From positions 215,750 to 279,749 of IMG/VR virus record IMGVR_UViG_3300028591_005215: 64,000 bases of DNA; one strand, 5' to 3'. The position numbers and the translations under genes were made by a program. The notes under the pieces are model-generated. The model saw only the letters and a program-made list of their open reading frames with translations, made no database searches and was not told where the DNA came from. This DNA comes from a virus. Taxonomy: Duplodnaviria > Caudoviricetes. This document shows positions 31,778-42,001 of the stretch, one piece after another. The first letter of the stretch is position 1, and the number at the start of each line of letters is the position of its first letter.

Positions 31778-34162
31778 ATGTTAGACATAGGTCAAAACGC
31801 ACGAATTAACTTACATTGGAAAGTTTCTCCTTATGACTTTTCTAAAGAAATGATGAATAGAGCTATTGGTAGTGCATCTAAAAAATACGGTATATCAAAA
31901 GAACATATTAAAGTTACGCCAGAATTCATTACTAAGAATGAAAAGGGCGAAAAAATTGCATTGACAAGTGATATTGTTTCTAATATTCAAGACCCTGTTT
32001 TTCAAGTAAAGCTTTTCAAAGATTATTTGAAGCTTAAAAATATAGTTGATTGTGACTTTGAATTAATTAAAAAAATAGATTCTGAAATAAATGGAAAAAT
32101 TGATTATAAAGTTTATGACAAGTATAGAAGATTCAGTATCAAATGGATTAAATGGGATAATTTCTTGTCATATGGAAATGGCAATCTATTTGATTTTAGT
32201 ACTTTGCGAGGACTTGTATTACTAAATGGTGATAATCAAAGTGGAAAAACAACATTTGCTATAGATTTAATTCATTTTTTGTTATTTGGAAAGACGCCAA
32301 AAGTTGCTACACAAGATAAAATCTTTAATAAGCATCTTAAAGAAGCCACTAATGTTGTAGTTGAAGGCAGCCTTGAAATAGATGGGGAAGAATATGTAAT
32401 CAAGCGCACACTTACAAGACCTTCACTTACAAGAAGAACTGAACGTAGTAAGACTACGCAAAAAGTTGAATACTATAGAATAGTTGGGCAAAATAAAGAA
32501 GAATTGACTGAATATATTGATAACCAACAAGAAGAAAACAGTATTCAAACTAATAAAAAAATCAAAGAAGCAATTGGACGTGAGGATGATTTTGACTTAG
32601 TAATGTCAATAACAGAATCTAATCTTGATGCATTAATTGATAAAAAAGATACTGAAAGGGGAAGACTTTTATCACGATGGATAGGACTTATGCCACTTGA
32701 ACAAAAAGATGAACTCGCAAGGGAACATTTTAACACGTCAATTAAGCCTTATCTGATTTCAAATCAGTATGATTCTGAAACCCTTAAAAACGAAATTGGC
32801 GCATTTAACGTGTCTATTAAGCAGAATGAGCAATTCATTAAAGAATATACAAATAAAAATATTGAGCTTGATAAAGAAATTGCTTCATTTGAACAAACAA
32901 GAAATGCTTTGCTTTCATCAAAATCTACAATTGATGATGAAGTTTTAAAAATAGATATTACCACTTTAAATAGGGCGATTGAAGATACCACAGAAAAGGG
33001 TAAAATAAAAAAAGCTGAAATAGATTCTGTTACGCATGACATAGAAGATATTGGCGAAATTGATTTCTCTATTGAAGAATATGATAAACTTACTGAAAAG
33101 TTGAATGAATTATTTGGCGATAGAGCTAAATATGCTGAACAGTATAAATCAGGTAATCAGCTAATAGAACAATTAAAGAAAAGTGAATATTGTCCTACTT
33201 GCGGTAGAAAACTTGATGATGTTGATAATTCTAGCAAAATTTCAGAACTTGAGCAAAAAATTTCAGAAGTTATTGCAAAAGGAAAAGAAGTTTCTGAAGA
33301 AATTAAAGTAATTTCAGAAAAGGTTGAATCAATGAAACTAAATCGTGAAAAGTATAACCTTAAGAACACTTTAACGATGAAGAAGTCTGCATTAGAAATC
33401 AATATTGAAAGACTGAGGAATGATTTAAGAGAAATGATTCTAAAGCGTAAAGAATATGAAAAAAATGCACAAGCAATTGATAAGAATAACCAATTAGACA
33501 TTCAAATTAGGAATAATGAAATTATAATTTCAGAAAAGCGAAGAAGCAAAGAAAATAACTTAGGTTGGATAAACCAAAATAAGGCTAAAATTGAAGAATT
33601 CAAAGAAAGAATCTCTGAAAGGGAAATTATAATTGAAAAAATTCAAAATGAAGAGAAACTAATTAAGAATTGGAAAATATATCTTGATATGGTTGGGAAG
33701 AATGGAATTAGTAAAATGGTTCTGAGAAAAACATTACCAATCATAAATGCAAGACTTGCGCAGTTGCTTTCTGACGTTTGCGATTTTGATGTAGAAGTAA
33801 CAATTAATAACAGAAACGATATAATGTTTAATTTAATTAAAGACGGTGTTGTTTCTGATTTATCAAGTGGAAGCGGATTTGAACGAACATGTGCATCATT
33901 AGCGTTAAGATTTGTACTTGCAGATATTTCAAGTATTCCAAAAATGAACTTCACGCTTATCGATGAGTGCCTTGGGCGTGTAGCCAAGGACAATCTGGAT
34001 AATATCCATAAGCTTTTCGATAAGATGCTTACAAGCTATGATTTTATATTACATGTATGTCATTTGGATGAAGCGAAAGATTGGTCTAAAACTCAAATTT
34101 ATGTAAATAAATCTGAGAATATATCTCATATTAACGTTGAAAAAAACGTATATGCTAAATAA
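31778..34162 (+). CDS. Rad50/SbcC-like SMC ATPase with ~115-aa N-terminal extension
   Basis: NFLSYG, Walker A GDNQSGKT, coiled coil, zinc hook CPTC, signature SGFE, Walker B LIDE, H-loop CH. Confidence 0.9.
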   Translation: MLDIGQNARINLHWKVSPYDFSKEMMNRAIGSASKKYGISKEHIKVTPEFITKNEKGEKIALTSDIVSNIQDPVFQVKLFKDYLKLKNIVDCDFELIKKIDSEINGKIDYKVYDKYRRFSIKWIKWDNFLSYGNGNLFDFSTLRGLVLLNGDNQSGKTTFAIDLIHFLLFGKTPKVATQDKIFNKHLKEATNVVVEGSLEIDGEEYVIKRTLTRPSLTRRTERSKTTQKVEYYRIVGQNKEELTEYIDNQQEENSIQTNKKIKEAIGREDDFDLVMSITESNLDALIDKKDTERGRLLSRWIGLMPLEQKDELAREHFNTSIKPYLISNQYDSETLKNEIGAFNVSIKQNEQFIKEYTNKNIELDKEIASFEQTRNALLSSKSTIDDEVLKIDITTLNRAIEDTTEKGKIKKAEIDSVTHDIEDIGEIDFSIEEYDKLTEKLNELFGDRAKYAEQYKSGNQLIEQLKKSEYCPTCGRKLDDVDNSSKISELEQKISEVIAKGKEVSEEIKVISEKVESMKLNREKYNLKNTLTMKKSALEINIERLRNDLREMILKRKEYEKNAQAIDKNNQLDIQIRNNEIIISEKRRSKENNLGWINQNKAKIEEFKERISEREIIIEKIQNEEKLIKNWKIYLDMVGKNGISKMVLRKTLPIINARLAQLLSDVCDFDVEVTINNRNDIMFNLIKDGVVSDLSSGSGFERTCASLALRFVLADISSIPKMNFTLIDECLGRVAKDNLDNIHKLFDKMLTSYDFILHVCHLDEAKDWSKTQIYVNKSENISHINVEKNVYAK

Positions 34163-34183
34163 TTTTTTCTAAGTATTTAACTG

Positions 34184-34909
34184 ATGAACGATTATGTTAA
34201 CGATTTTAACCAAAACGTAAAAACATATTATAAAGAACTTAAAAAATATCAGCCTATGACGAAGGAACAGGAAAAAGTTCTTCTCGTCAAGGCTAAAAAT
34301 GGGGATTTAGAAGCACAGCACAAAATTTTAACTGCTAATTTGAAGTATGTGTTTGAAACTGCTAAATCTTTTAGATGCAATGGTGTTGCCATTGAAGATT
34401 TAATTGCAGAGGGCAATGTTGGCATGATAAAAGCTATTCATAAGTTTAACACTGATTATGACGTTAAATTTTTATCATATGCAATATGGTGGATTAAGCA
34501 GTCTATGCAATCTTTAGTTAAAAAAACACAAATCTCAAAGAGTATTGAAAAAGGTGACGATGAATTAAATTCAGTTATAAGAGAAAATGCAGTTTCAGAT
34601 GATGAAGATGACAGGATTATTAAAATGGACGTAGTTTCTTCAAATGAAGAAGATGAAACAAACGCAGAAATTGAAAAAAATCAAAAAGTTGTTGTTGATA
34701 AACTAATGGTTAAACTTGATGGAAGAGAAAAGCTTATAATTGAGCAATATTATGGGCTAAATGGGGAAAAAGAACAAAATCTTGAAGAAATTGGCACTAA
34801 GTTGGGTATTAGTAAAGAAAGGGTAAGACAAATTAAGAAAAAAGTTTTATTTAGAATGAGGTCTGAAGTTTTATGTATGGAAACTGGGTCTGATTTTTTG
34901 TTTAAGTAA
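34184..34909 (+). CDS. Phage sigma70-family factor (regions 1.2, 2 and 4)
   Basis: DLIAEGNVGMIKAIHKF..KFLSYAIWWIKQSM and LEEIGTKLGISKERVRQI. Confidence 0.9.
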   Translation: MNDYVNDFNQNVKTYYKELKKYQPMTKEQEKVLLVKAKNGDLEAQHKILTANLKYVFETAKSFRCNGVAIEDLIAEGNVGMIKAIHKFNTDYDVKFLSYAIWWIKQSMQSLVKKTQISKSIEKGDDELNSVIRENAVSDDEDDRIIKMDVVSSNEEDETNAEIEKNQKVVVDKLMVKLDGREKLIIEQYYGLNGEKEQNLEEIGTKLGISKERVRQIKKKVLFRMRSEVLCMETGSDFLFK

Positions 34910-34938
34910 TATTTATATAAATAAAAAAAATATTTTTT

Positions 34939-35286
34939 ATGGTAGAAGTTAAAAAAACATCAAAGAAAGCTAAAAAGGCTGCAACCAAAAAAATGGAAGA
35001 ACCTGTAGTTATAGAAAATAAAGAAGAAACAGCTGATGAACCTGTATTGGGTGAATCTAAGGTTGAAGAAAGTGATGATGAAGAAATTAAAGAAACAATT
35101 GATGAAGCAATTAAAGAAGATTTAAATAAAATAGCTGAAAATATTGTTGAAGAAAACAAAAAAGACGAAGTTGCTGTAAAAACAGAACCAATCGTTGAAC
35201 ATGAAACTGAAAATAAACCATCCAATAAAAGTAAAATTATTAGGAATTTTACAGCTACTTGGAATGGTGTGACAATGGATTACTAA
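34939..35286 (+). CDS. Glu/Lys-rich low-complexity protein
   Basis: 115-aa ORF after ATATTTAT (34909). Confidence 0.6.
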   Translation: MVEVKKTSKKAKKAATKKMEEPVVIENKEETADEPVLGESKVEESDDEEIKETIDEAIKEDLNKIAENIVEENKKDEVAVKTEPIVEHETENKPSNKSKIIRNFTATWNGVTMDY

Positions 35287-35287
35287 A

Positions 35288-35887
35288 ATGGGTGAAGATA
35301 TTACTAAAAAAATGCTTAAACGCATAAGAGAAAGTATTGATAGCATGAATAAAGTTAAACCATTAATTAATGAAGAAAACTTTGAAAAAGATAATTTTTT
35401 AAGAAGGTCTGAAATTTTAATGGAAGAAGCTGAAAATACTAATAGAAAAAAAAAATTAAATGAAGGCGTATTTGATTCTGAAGAAGAAGGCAATAAAAAA
35501 GATTTTGTTGTAAAAGCAAGCGACCCTCAATTTAGTAATCTTAGAAATTCACAAGAAGAATCTTTAAGAAAGACTGTTGGTGATGTTGAACTTAAAGATG
35601 ATGCACTTGTTTATCATCCTGATATTGATGATATAACGCTTGATGGTATTATTAAAGGCTTAAACATCAAGTTTCAGTTTAGATTTAACGACCCTTCAGG
35701 TGATGGTTGCTATATAACTGGTGCTGATTTGCAATTAACTGACGCAAATACTAAAACAATTGAAAAGATTAGGGCAGCATTTCAAAATTGGAAACAAGGA
35801 CTAACAAATGATGGTAACACACTTAAAGATTTGGAAAAAGCAGCTGAAAGACAAAGTAAAGAAAATGGAAGTGATTCTGCTGAATAA
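35288..35887 (+). CDS. Hypothetical protein with repeated L/IxE sites
   Basis: KRIRE, PLINE, ILME, KLNE in the N-terminal region. Confidence 0.6.
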   Translation: MGEDITKKMLKRIRESIDSMNKVKPLINEENFEKDNFLRRSEILMEEAENTNRKKKLNEGVFDSEEEGNKKDFVVKASDPQFSNLRNSQEESLRKTVGDVELKDDALVYHPDIDDITLDGIIKGLNIKFQFRFNDPSGDGCYITGADLQLTDANTKTIEKIRAAFQNWKQGLTNDGNTLKDLEKAAERQSKENGSDSAE

Positions 35888-35897
35888 ATAAATTGTA

Positions 35898-35925
35898 AAT
35901 CCCCTTAGAAATAAGGGGATTTTTT
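35898..35925 (+). terminator. Intrinsic terminator
   Basis: aatcccctta-gaaa-taaggggatttttt. Confidence 0.8.
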
Positions 35926-35966
35926 GTGTTTAATAGATATTTATAGGGTAGAAATTACTGTATATT

Positions 35967-36176
35967 ATGAATGATAATAAATTACGCCAAATAATTAATG
36001 AAGAATTAACTAAATCACAGGTTGAATCAATGATTAATTCTAAACTTGAATCGTCTTATTCTTCAAAGGATTTTAAAAAAGCCGTTAAAGATTTAAGTGG
36101 CGAAGTAGTTAATGAAATTTTTAAACTATTATGGCAGAGAAATAATTTCTGGAAGAGTAGTGCTACGAGAGTATAA
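35967..36176 (+). CDS. Small protein with IINE leader
   Basis: MNDNKLRQIINEE; ATATTTAT at 35937. Confidence 0.6.
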   Translation: MNDNKLRQIINEELTKSQVESMINSKLESSYSSKDFKKAVKDLSGEVVNEIFKLLWQRNNFWKSSATRV

Positions 36177-36190
36177 TAATAGTTAGATAA

Positions 36191-36541
36191 ATGAAAAAGA
36201 TAATTATAAACGAAAATAAATTAACTATATTAAAAGAAAGTCAAGAAGAGGTTACATTTTATAAATTTTTTGTTGAAGTTAAAAACTTTATGAAAGACTT
36301 ATTAAATGACCCTATAAATGCAAAGCCAAGGGACTTCTTTAAAAATCATGGTATAAGTAGGAGCGTGTTGATTAATAGGATGTTAGATAAAAATATGCTA
36401 ACAAAAAAAGAAACTATTAATGAACCAAATGATGCTGATGGAAAAATGAAATCAAGGCATTTTATTGAATATAAAGTACCTAAAAAAAATTTTGAAGAAA
36501 AAATGCATAGGCTTTATTCATATTTTTTTGAAAATGATTAG
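36191..36541 (+). CDS. Hypothetical protein with IINE..LKE leader
   Basis: MKKIIINENKLTILKE. Confidence 0.6.
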   Translation: MKKIIINENKLTILKESQEEVTFYKFFVEVKNFMKDLLNDPINAKPRDFFKNHGISRSVLINRMLDKNMLTKKETINEPNDADGKMKSRHFIEYKVPKKNFEEKMHRLYSYFFEND

Positions 36542-36564
36542 TACTATTAAAACTATAACTAAAG

Positions 36565-36846
36565 ATGTTAATTAATGAATCAACTATACATAAAATATTA
36601 ATGGAAACCATTAATGAATTTATAAATGAAGACGGTGCAACTGCTGCTATGGATGGCGGTAGCTTTAATGGAGCACCTAACGCACAAATTAGTTCTGACG
36701 CATCATACGATGTTCCATTAGGAAAAGGTGGGAAAAATAAAAGTACTGTAATGAGAAGAACTTTTTGGACTGCTGGTAATTCTGAGAAAACAATGCAAAG
36801 CGTTGATGATGAAGATACTGATGTAGTTAATAAAAGGAAAAAATAA
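36565..36846 (+). CDS. Hypothetical protein with INE leader
   Basis: MLINESTIHKILMETINEFINE. Confidence 0.6.
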   Translation: MLINESTIHKILMETINEFINEDGATAAMDGGSFNGAPNAQISSDASYDVPLGKGGKNKSTVMRRTFWTAGNSEKTMQSVDDEDTDVVNKRKK

Positions 36847-36852
36847 TATAAT

Positions 36853-37044
36853 ATGTCTTACGAAGGATTTGATGTTGTAGAAGCACAAAATAATGCTATT
36901 AAAAGGGTGCAAGAAGTTGATAAAGAAATACAGAAAGAAATTTCAAAAGGTAGTATGAGTGACGAGCGTAAAATAACCAAATTAAGATTTGAGCAAATGC
37001 TCCGTGGACTTTTTATTACGCAAGACCCGTTGAACCTAAATTAA
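36853..37044 (+). CDS. Small hypothetical protein
   Basis: 63-aa ORF in operon context. Confidence 0.5.
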   Translation: MSYEGFDVVEAQNNAIKRVQEVDKEIQKEISKGSMSDERKITKLRFEQMLRGLFITQDPLNLN

Positions 37045-37064
37045 ATAAAATAAACAAATTAATT

Positions 37065-37925
37065 ATGACAAGAATTGTTTACAATGTAGGAAAGTTAAGA
37101 AAAGCTATCAAGGAAAGTGCAGACAATAAGTTTGATAAGAATTCCAAGAACGAGTTTAAACCCGTATATGGAAAAGGTGTGCAGGATGGTAACAAGGAGA
37201 TTAATAGAAAAGCCTACAATGACATTAAAAAAGAAACATCATCATATGATGGTAATTTAAGTGGTGCTAAAAAGCTAAATAAACTAGGCACAATTACACC
37301 TACGGAAAATAGGGGAATGAGTGACTTAGAGTATGATGGTATTTCACAACCTTTTAAAGATAAAGTTAAATCACAATTAAAAGGTTATACTTCAGCAGAT
37401 GCTGAAAAGAATCATAGCAAAGATAATTTTGGCAATGCTGAATTTAATTCTAAGGATGAATCAGAATTTTTTGTTAAGCATGCTAAAGAAGCCAAAAAAG
37501 AAAAAGACAAAATGAAAGGAACTGGTTTGACTGGTAGTACTCAAAATAAATCAGAAATTGAAAAAAGAAGTGACACTATGTTTGAATCTAAAAAAATTAA
37601 AAATATCAAATTCAAGCATACTGAATTTTTAACTGAAGGGCATATGCTTTCTAAAGTACCTGATGAATTTAAAACAGAAGGGAATAAATTTATGATGAGT
37701 GATTCAGAAGGAAATTCTTATATGGTAGAATGGCACACAAATGATGCACCTGATGTTGAGAAGAAGATTAACAAGAAACTTGTTAATGAAGAAATGAATA
37801 GAATCAAATCACTTTACAATTATCATAGCAAAGATTATTTTAACACAACAACAGCCAAATCACGTGTGAATGAGAATAAAGAATTCTCTAATTTAATTGA
37901 TAGGGCAAGGGAATTGATGAAATAA
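37065..37925 (+). CDS. Hypothetical protein, possibly head/scaffold-associated
   Basis: AIKE, FLTE, LVNEEMNRIKSL and RVNE motifs. Confidence 0.55.
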   Translation: MTRIVYNVGKLRKAIKESADNKFDKNSKNEFKPVYGKGVQDGNKEINRKAYNDIKKETSSYDGNLSGAKKLNKLGTITPTENRGMSDLEYDGISQPFKDKVKSQLKGYTSADAEKNHSKDNFGNAEFNSKDESEFFVKHAKEAKKEKDKMKGTGLTGSTQNKSEIEKRSDTMFESKKIKNIKFKHTEFLTEGHMLSKVPDEFKTEGNKFMMSDSEGNSYMVEWHTNDAPDVEKKINKKLVNEEMNRIKSLYNYHSKDYFNTTTAKSRVNENKEFSNLIDRARELMK

Positions 37926-37965
37926 ATGTTTTGAATAATAATGTTATAGATATTTGTAAAAATAA

Positions 37966-38796
37966 ATGGGAACTAAAAATATGGATAAAGACGTTAATAT
38001 CAGCATTAACGTACCTTCTAACAATGGAAACACTGATGGATATACAACAAAGGTAAATGTAATTGCAAAGCATATAAAAACGATAGTATCAAGCCTTGCA
38101 AATGCTAGTTATGTTAAAATATTTAAAGTGTTTATATCAACTATACTGTTTTTATTTTGTAGCACAATTGGTTTTTTTGTGTATAATTTATCTAAAAATC
38201 AACAAGCTGTAAATACAATTATTGATGAAATGATTGTAACAAAAAAAGAAGATGAAGCAAACATGAAAATTCGTGATGCTGTTACACCTCAAATTGATAA
38301 TGAATTGAAAAAAATAATGTATACAGCGCATGCTGATAGAATAGCAATTTTTGAGTTGCACAATGGTAAAGAGAATGCTACACGTTTGCCTTTCAGATAT
38401 GCTGATATGTCTTATGAACAGGTAAATGATAATGATAAAAGTATTAGCTACGTTTCGGACGGGTTTCAAAATATTCCGTTAACACATTACACTATACCTT
38501 TTTATATAGCTGAAAATACGTATTTTGTAGGAAGTATAGAAGAAGTAAGATTAATTGATAAAAGATTTGCTGACCTGATGGATAAAATAGGTGGTAAATA
38601 TATGTCATCAGTTATTTTGAGGAATGATGGCTCTGATATAGGCTTCTTATGCTTATTTTATGATACTACAGTACCAATGGATGAAAACAAAAAAGAGGTT
38701 GGCGAATTGCTAAAACATATGTCGGATAAAATAAGTCCTCTTCTTGATTTAAGGGTGCAAAAAAAGAAGTATAAAAATGAAAACCAATTTAACTAA
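37966..38796 (+). CDS. Single-TM protein with GAF-like C-terminal domain, possibly T4 gpt-like holin
   Basis: TM IFKVFISTILFLFCSTIGFFVY; ADRIAIFELHNG..MSYEQV..IGFLCLFY. Confidence 0.45.
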   Translation: MGTKNMDKDVNISINVPSNNGNTDGYTTKVNVIAKHIKTIVSSLANASYVKIFKVFISTILFLFCSTIGFFVYNLSKNQQAVNTIIDEMIVTKKEDEANMKIRDAVTPQIDNELKKIMYTAHADRIAIFELHNGKENATRLPFRYADMSYEQVNDNDKSISYVSDGFQNIPLTHYTIPFYIAENTYFVGSIEEVRLIDKRFADLMDKIGGKYMSSVILRNDGSDIGFLCLFYDTTVPMDENKKEVGELLKHMSDKISPLLDLRVQKKKYKNENQFN

Positions 38797-39493
38797 TAAT
38801 GGTACTAAAAAAAAGACTATTTTCAAAGTAGTTATTTTCATTTTGTTCATACTATTATTGCTTTTTTTAAGCAATAGATGTGCAAACTTTTGCTTGAAAA
38901 AAAATAAAATAGAATATGTGGACACTGCTAACGTAAAAATCGTTAAATATAACGAAGAAGAAATTGGTAGACTTAGAATAGAAAATGCTAAATTATATGA
39001 TGCCGTTTCTAGATACCAAAAAGAAATAGATTATTTGTCTCAATTTGCTTACGATAAAATATATGATACTGGCAAGGTCGAAACGAATAAAAAAGTAAGT
39101 AAAGAAAGCAAAGACAAAAAATCTAATTTAACGGAAGAAGTTGATTCACCAAGGACATTTGTTTATGAAAACAAGCCTAATGATAGTTTAACTTATAAAT
39201 TACTAATTAATTCTACAAAAGAGCCTAATTGGTATTCGTTAAATGTTAAAGTACATGACGTAATAACAGTAGTGAATAAAGATAAAGGCAATGGTCAAAA
39301 TGAATTAACGATTAAAACTGACAATAAAGCAGATATTAGTGATGTTACTGTTTTTAAAAAGAAAAAGAAAGTGAACATTTTTAACAAAATAGCAATTGTG
39401 CCAGGTGTTTTTTATGGATATGACATAAAAAATAAAAATTTAGGATATGGTGTTGGCGTTACAATAGGATATAATATATTTGGCACTAAATAG
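38777..39493 (+). CDS. Membrane-anchored coiled-coil protein, possibly spanin-like
   Basis: N-terminal hydrophobic segment ending near Cys, short coiled coil, C-terminal GVGVTIGYNIF beta strand. Confidence 0.4.
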   Translation: MKTNLTNNGTKKKTIFKVVIFILFILLLLFLSNRCANFCLKKNKIEYVDTANVKIVKYNEEEIGRLRIENAKLYDAVSRYQKEIDYLSQFAYDKIYDTGKVETNKKVSKESKDKKSNLTEEVDSPRTFVYENKPNDSLTYKLLINSTKEPNWYSLNVKVHDVITVVNKDKGNGQNELTIKTDNKADISDVTVFKKKKKVNIFNKIAIVPGVFYGYDIKNKNLGYGVGVTIGYNIFGTK

Positions 39494-39499
39494 AAAAAT

Positions 39500-39537
39500 A
39501 ACCCCCAATAGGTATTTACTATTGGGGGATTTTTTTT
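39500..39537 (+). terminator. Intrinsic terminator
   Basis: ccccaatag..ctattgggg followed by T-run. Confidence 0.75.
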
Positions 39538-39560
39538 ATCTTTTATGAAAGAATATAATA

Positions 39561-39755
39561 ATGATAGGAACATTTTTATTAGGTGTAAAAGTTTTTGCCT
39601 TTATATTTGCAATTCTTGTTTTAATTAGAGATTGCTATAACTTTTCTAAAGTTTTGGTACTAAAAGAAGGGAAATATGAAACAACAGTAAAGGGGCAAGT
39701 ATTGTTGGCTTCATCAATTTCTTATATTATCACAATGTTAATAATAGGTTTTTAA
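39561..39755 (+). CDS. Small two-TM membrane protein
   Basis: Two hydrophobic segments in 64 aa. Confidence 0.55.
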   Translation: MIGTFLLGVKVFAFIFAILVLIRDCYNFSKVLVLKEGKYETTVKGQVLLASSISYIITMLIIGF

Positions 39756-39768
39756 AGATTTATATATA

Positions 39769-40341
39769 GTGTTACAAAATAAAATAGATGAAATTAAGCC
39801 ATATTTTAGGTCTTTGGAAACATATAATGATGCACTTATTGTACGTGTCCAATTTCCTAACAAATGGGCTGTTTTCCCATCAGACGATGGTAAAATTAAA
39901 CCAGCACCGTCTTCGCAAGTTGCAAATGAATATTTTTATTATGGTGATGGTAAAGATGTATCTTTGGAAGATATATTTGATTTCGTTAAAGAAACAATTG
40001 AAGTTAACCAAAGTTTAGAAATAAAAGCTAAATTACTTGTAGAAAGAGCCAAAGAATTACAGGAGCTTTTTGAAACTACTCCATTAGAAAAGTTAAAAAC
40101 ACTTAAATTTGTTATGGAGGACGTTAAAAAGAATAAGCCTAAGAGAAAGTATACGAAGAAAAAGAAAATTGAACCTGAAGCAAAAGAATTGGCTGAAAAT
40201 AAATCTAATCATGAAGATGAAGACACAGTAAAGGTCACAGAAGAAGTTTGTACTAAAACAGATTCAAATGATAGTGAAATAAAAATTTCTTCAGCAACTT
40301 TGGATAAATTTAAAAAGTATAAAAAAGAAAAAAATAGCTAA
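39769..40341 (+). CDS. Hypothetical protein
   Basis: 190-aa ORF with GTG start and Lys-rich tail. Confidence 0.6.
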   Translation: MLQNKIDEIKPYFRSLETYNDALIVRVQFPNKWAVFPSDDGKIKPAPSSQVANEYFYYGDGKDVSLEDIFDFVKETIEVNQSLEIKAKLLVERAKELQELFETTPLEKLKTLKFVMEDVKKNKPKRKYTKKKKIEPEAKELAENKSNHEDEDTVKVTEEVCTKTDSNDSEIKISSATLDKFKKYKKEKNS

Positions 40342-40342
40342 A

Positions 40343-40702
40343 ATGGAATTTTTCACAGCATTTATTTACATTATAACTTGTTTTGGTATTTGTACAATTT
40401 TGATAGATTCCATTGGGCCTTGGCACATCTTTGTTAAATGGCACAATTGGATGAGTAAGCACACCCCTATGTTAGATGAATTGTTTTCTTGCTATGTGTG
40501 CTTACCAACTTGGATTGGTGCTACATTTAGTGCCGTTAATTATATATTTATGCCTACTTTAGCATTTACACCATTTAATATGCTATTAGGTGGCACTGTT
40601 ACTTGGTGGTTAATAATACCTTTGGACGCTTTTTTCACAAGCGGAGGTGTATGGCTAATACATACAATTCAAAGGGCAGTAGAAAAATATGCAGATGAAT
40701 AA
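40343..40702 (+). CDS. Membrane protein, DUF1360-like
   Basis: Three hydrophobic segments and ELFSCYVCLPTW (CxxC..W). Confidence 0.5.
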   Translation: MEFFTAFIYIITCFGICTILIDSIGPWHIFVKWHNWMSKHTPMLDELFSCYVCLPTWIGATFSAVNYIFMPTLAFTPFNMLLGGTVTWWLIIPLDAFFTSGGVWLIHTIQRAVEKYADE

Positions 40703-40925
40703 TTTACCTTTATATAAAGAAAAAAAAATACTTGATAATGAAAAGCTAATGACTGAACGAATTATTGCAGGACAGCAAGAAGTAATAGCAAAGCAATTAT
40801 TAGGTGATATGGGAAAAGATATGAATGATGTTTTAAGTGGTAAAGTTAAAGTTAAATTATCATTAAAGGAAAAAATTAAATACACATTCAGATTTTGGGT
40901 TAATAAGTTTTTTAGAACGTTTTAG
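40689..40925 (+). CDS. Hypothetical protein
   Basis: ORF overlapping its neighbour in the operon. Confidence 0.55.
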   Translation: MQMNNLPLYKEKKILDNEKLMTERIIAGQQEVIAKQLLGDMGKDMNDVLSGKVKVKLSLKEKIKYTFRFWVNKFFRTF

Positions 40926-40927
40926 AA

Positions 40928-41182
40928 ATGGAATTAAAATTAAATAGTTATGAAATTTTTGAGTTGGGCGAAATGATAGATAGCAAGCTCCATGAAAATG
41001 GAATAACTGAAAAAAGTGTGCTAACCATATATGTTAATAGTGAAGAACTTAATAAAATAGACGAAGATTTATATTATAGAAATAACCCAGAAGGAAAAGA
41101 TTATATCCCTTCTGATGGTGAAATAATAGTAAATTTTAAAAATGTAGTTATTAAATTTTTAGAAAAAAAAGAGGGCAAATAA
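40928..41182 (+). CDS. Hypothetical protein
   Basis: 84-aa ORF. Confidence 0.55.
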   Translation: MELKLNSYEIFELGEMIDSKLHENGITEKSVLTIYVNSEELNKIDEDLYYRNNPEGKDYIPSDGEIIVNFKNVVIKFLEKKEGK

Positions 41183-41197
41183 TTGCCCTCTTTTTTT
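41163..41197. terminator. Bidirectional intrinsic terminator
   Basis: aaaaaaagagggcaa..ttgccctcttttttt. Confidence 0.75.
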
Positions 41198-41888
41198 ATG
41201 GTCTTAATGAATTTCGTGATAGTTTAGTTCTATTCCACCCTGTCCATTCTTCCAACCTTTTATACCATTCAGATTTAAGATGCGAATTGCCAACATCATT
41301 ACCCCAAAAAATATATTTAACCTTATTTTTTATTGCAGTAGATTCAAGTTGATTATATAATCTAATGCAATCATTAACATTTTTGCATAAAATCATATTA
41401 AGGCTACCATTTATATCAACTATCAATTTGTTTTTAAATATAACAACATTTTTAAAATTATATTTGTTGCAATTCTTTTCTATGTAGTTTTCGTAAATCC
41501 ATTTGAATGTTTTTCGTTGCAGTTGTGGGTGAAATCCATATACCCAGAATGTTTCTTCTTTTTGATATGGTGTTCTGTCAAGTATAACCCAATCAGGTGA
41601 GGAAGAAATATAATTGATGTAACGACCATATTCATCACGTATTTTAGTTTCATTTGCATCTTTTTTTTCTTTACTTTTAATAATTACAAGTTCATAGTTA
41701 GCATCTTTTAGACCTTTATTATTAATATATTTAACGGGAAAAATTATGCTTTCATTATTTTCAGATTTTAGTTTTTTAAATTTTTCATAAACTGACGATT
41801 CTTTAGCTGAATGATATATATCAGCTATTTGTTTACCGTTACTTGTTATTATAATATGGTATAAATATTTTTTAGGCTTTTTACTCAT
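41196..41888 (-). CDS. Basic hypothetical protein
   Basis: 230-aa ORF with minus-strand TAAATTTG promoter at 41924-41931. Confidence 0.6.
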   Translation of the reverse strand: MSKKPKKYLYHIIITSNGKQIADIYHSAKESSVYEKFKKLKSENNESIIFPVKYINNKGLKDANYELVIIKSKEKKDANETKIRDEYGRYINYISSSPDWVILDRTPYQKEETFWVYGFHPQLQRKTFKWIYENYIEKNCNKYNFKNVVIFKNKLIVDINGSLNMILCKNVNDCIRLYNQLESTAIKNKVKYIFWGNDVGNSHLKSEWYKRLEEWTGWNRTKLSRNSLRP

Positions 41889-42001
41889 CTAACTTAATAT
41901 GTCATTTAATTTTAAATATAATGCAAATTTATAAAATAATTTTGGTTTTAATATTTTTTTTAAGTATATTTGCATTGTTAAACATTTAAACTATATAAAA
42001 T

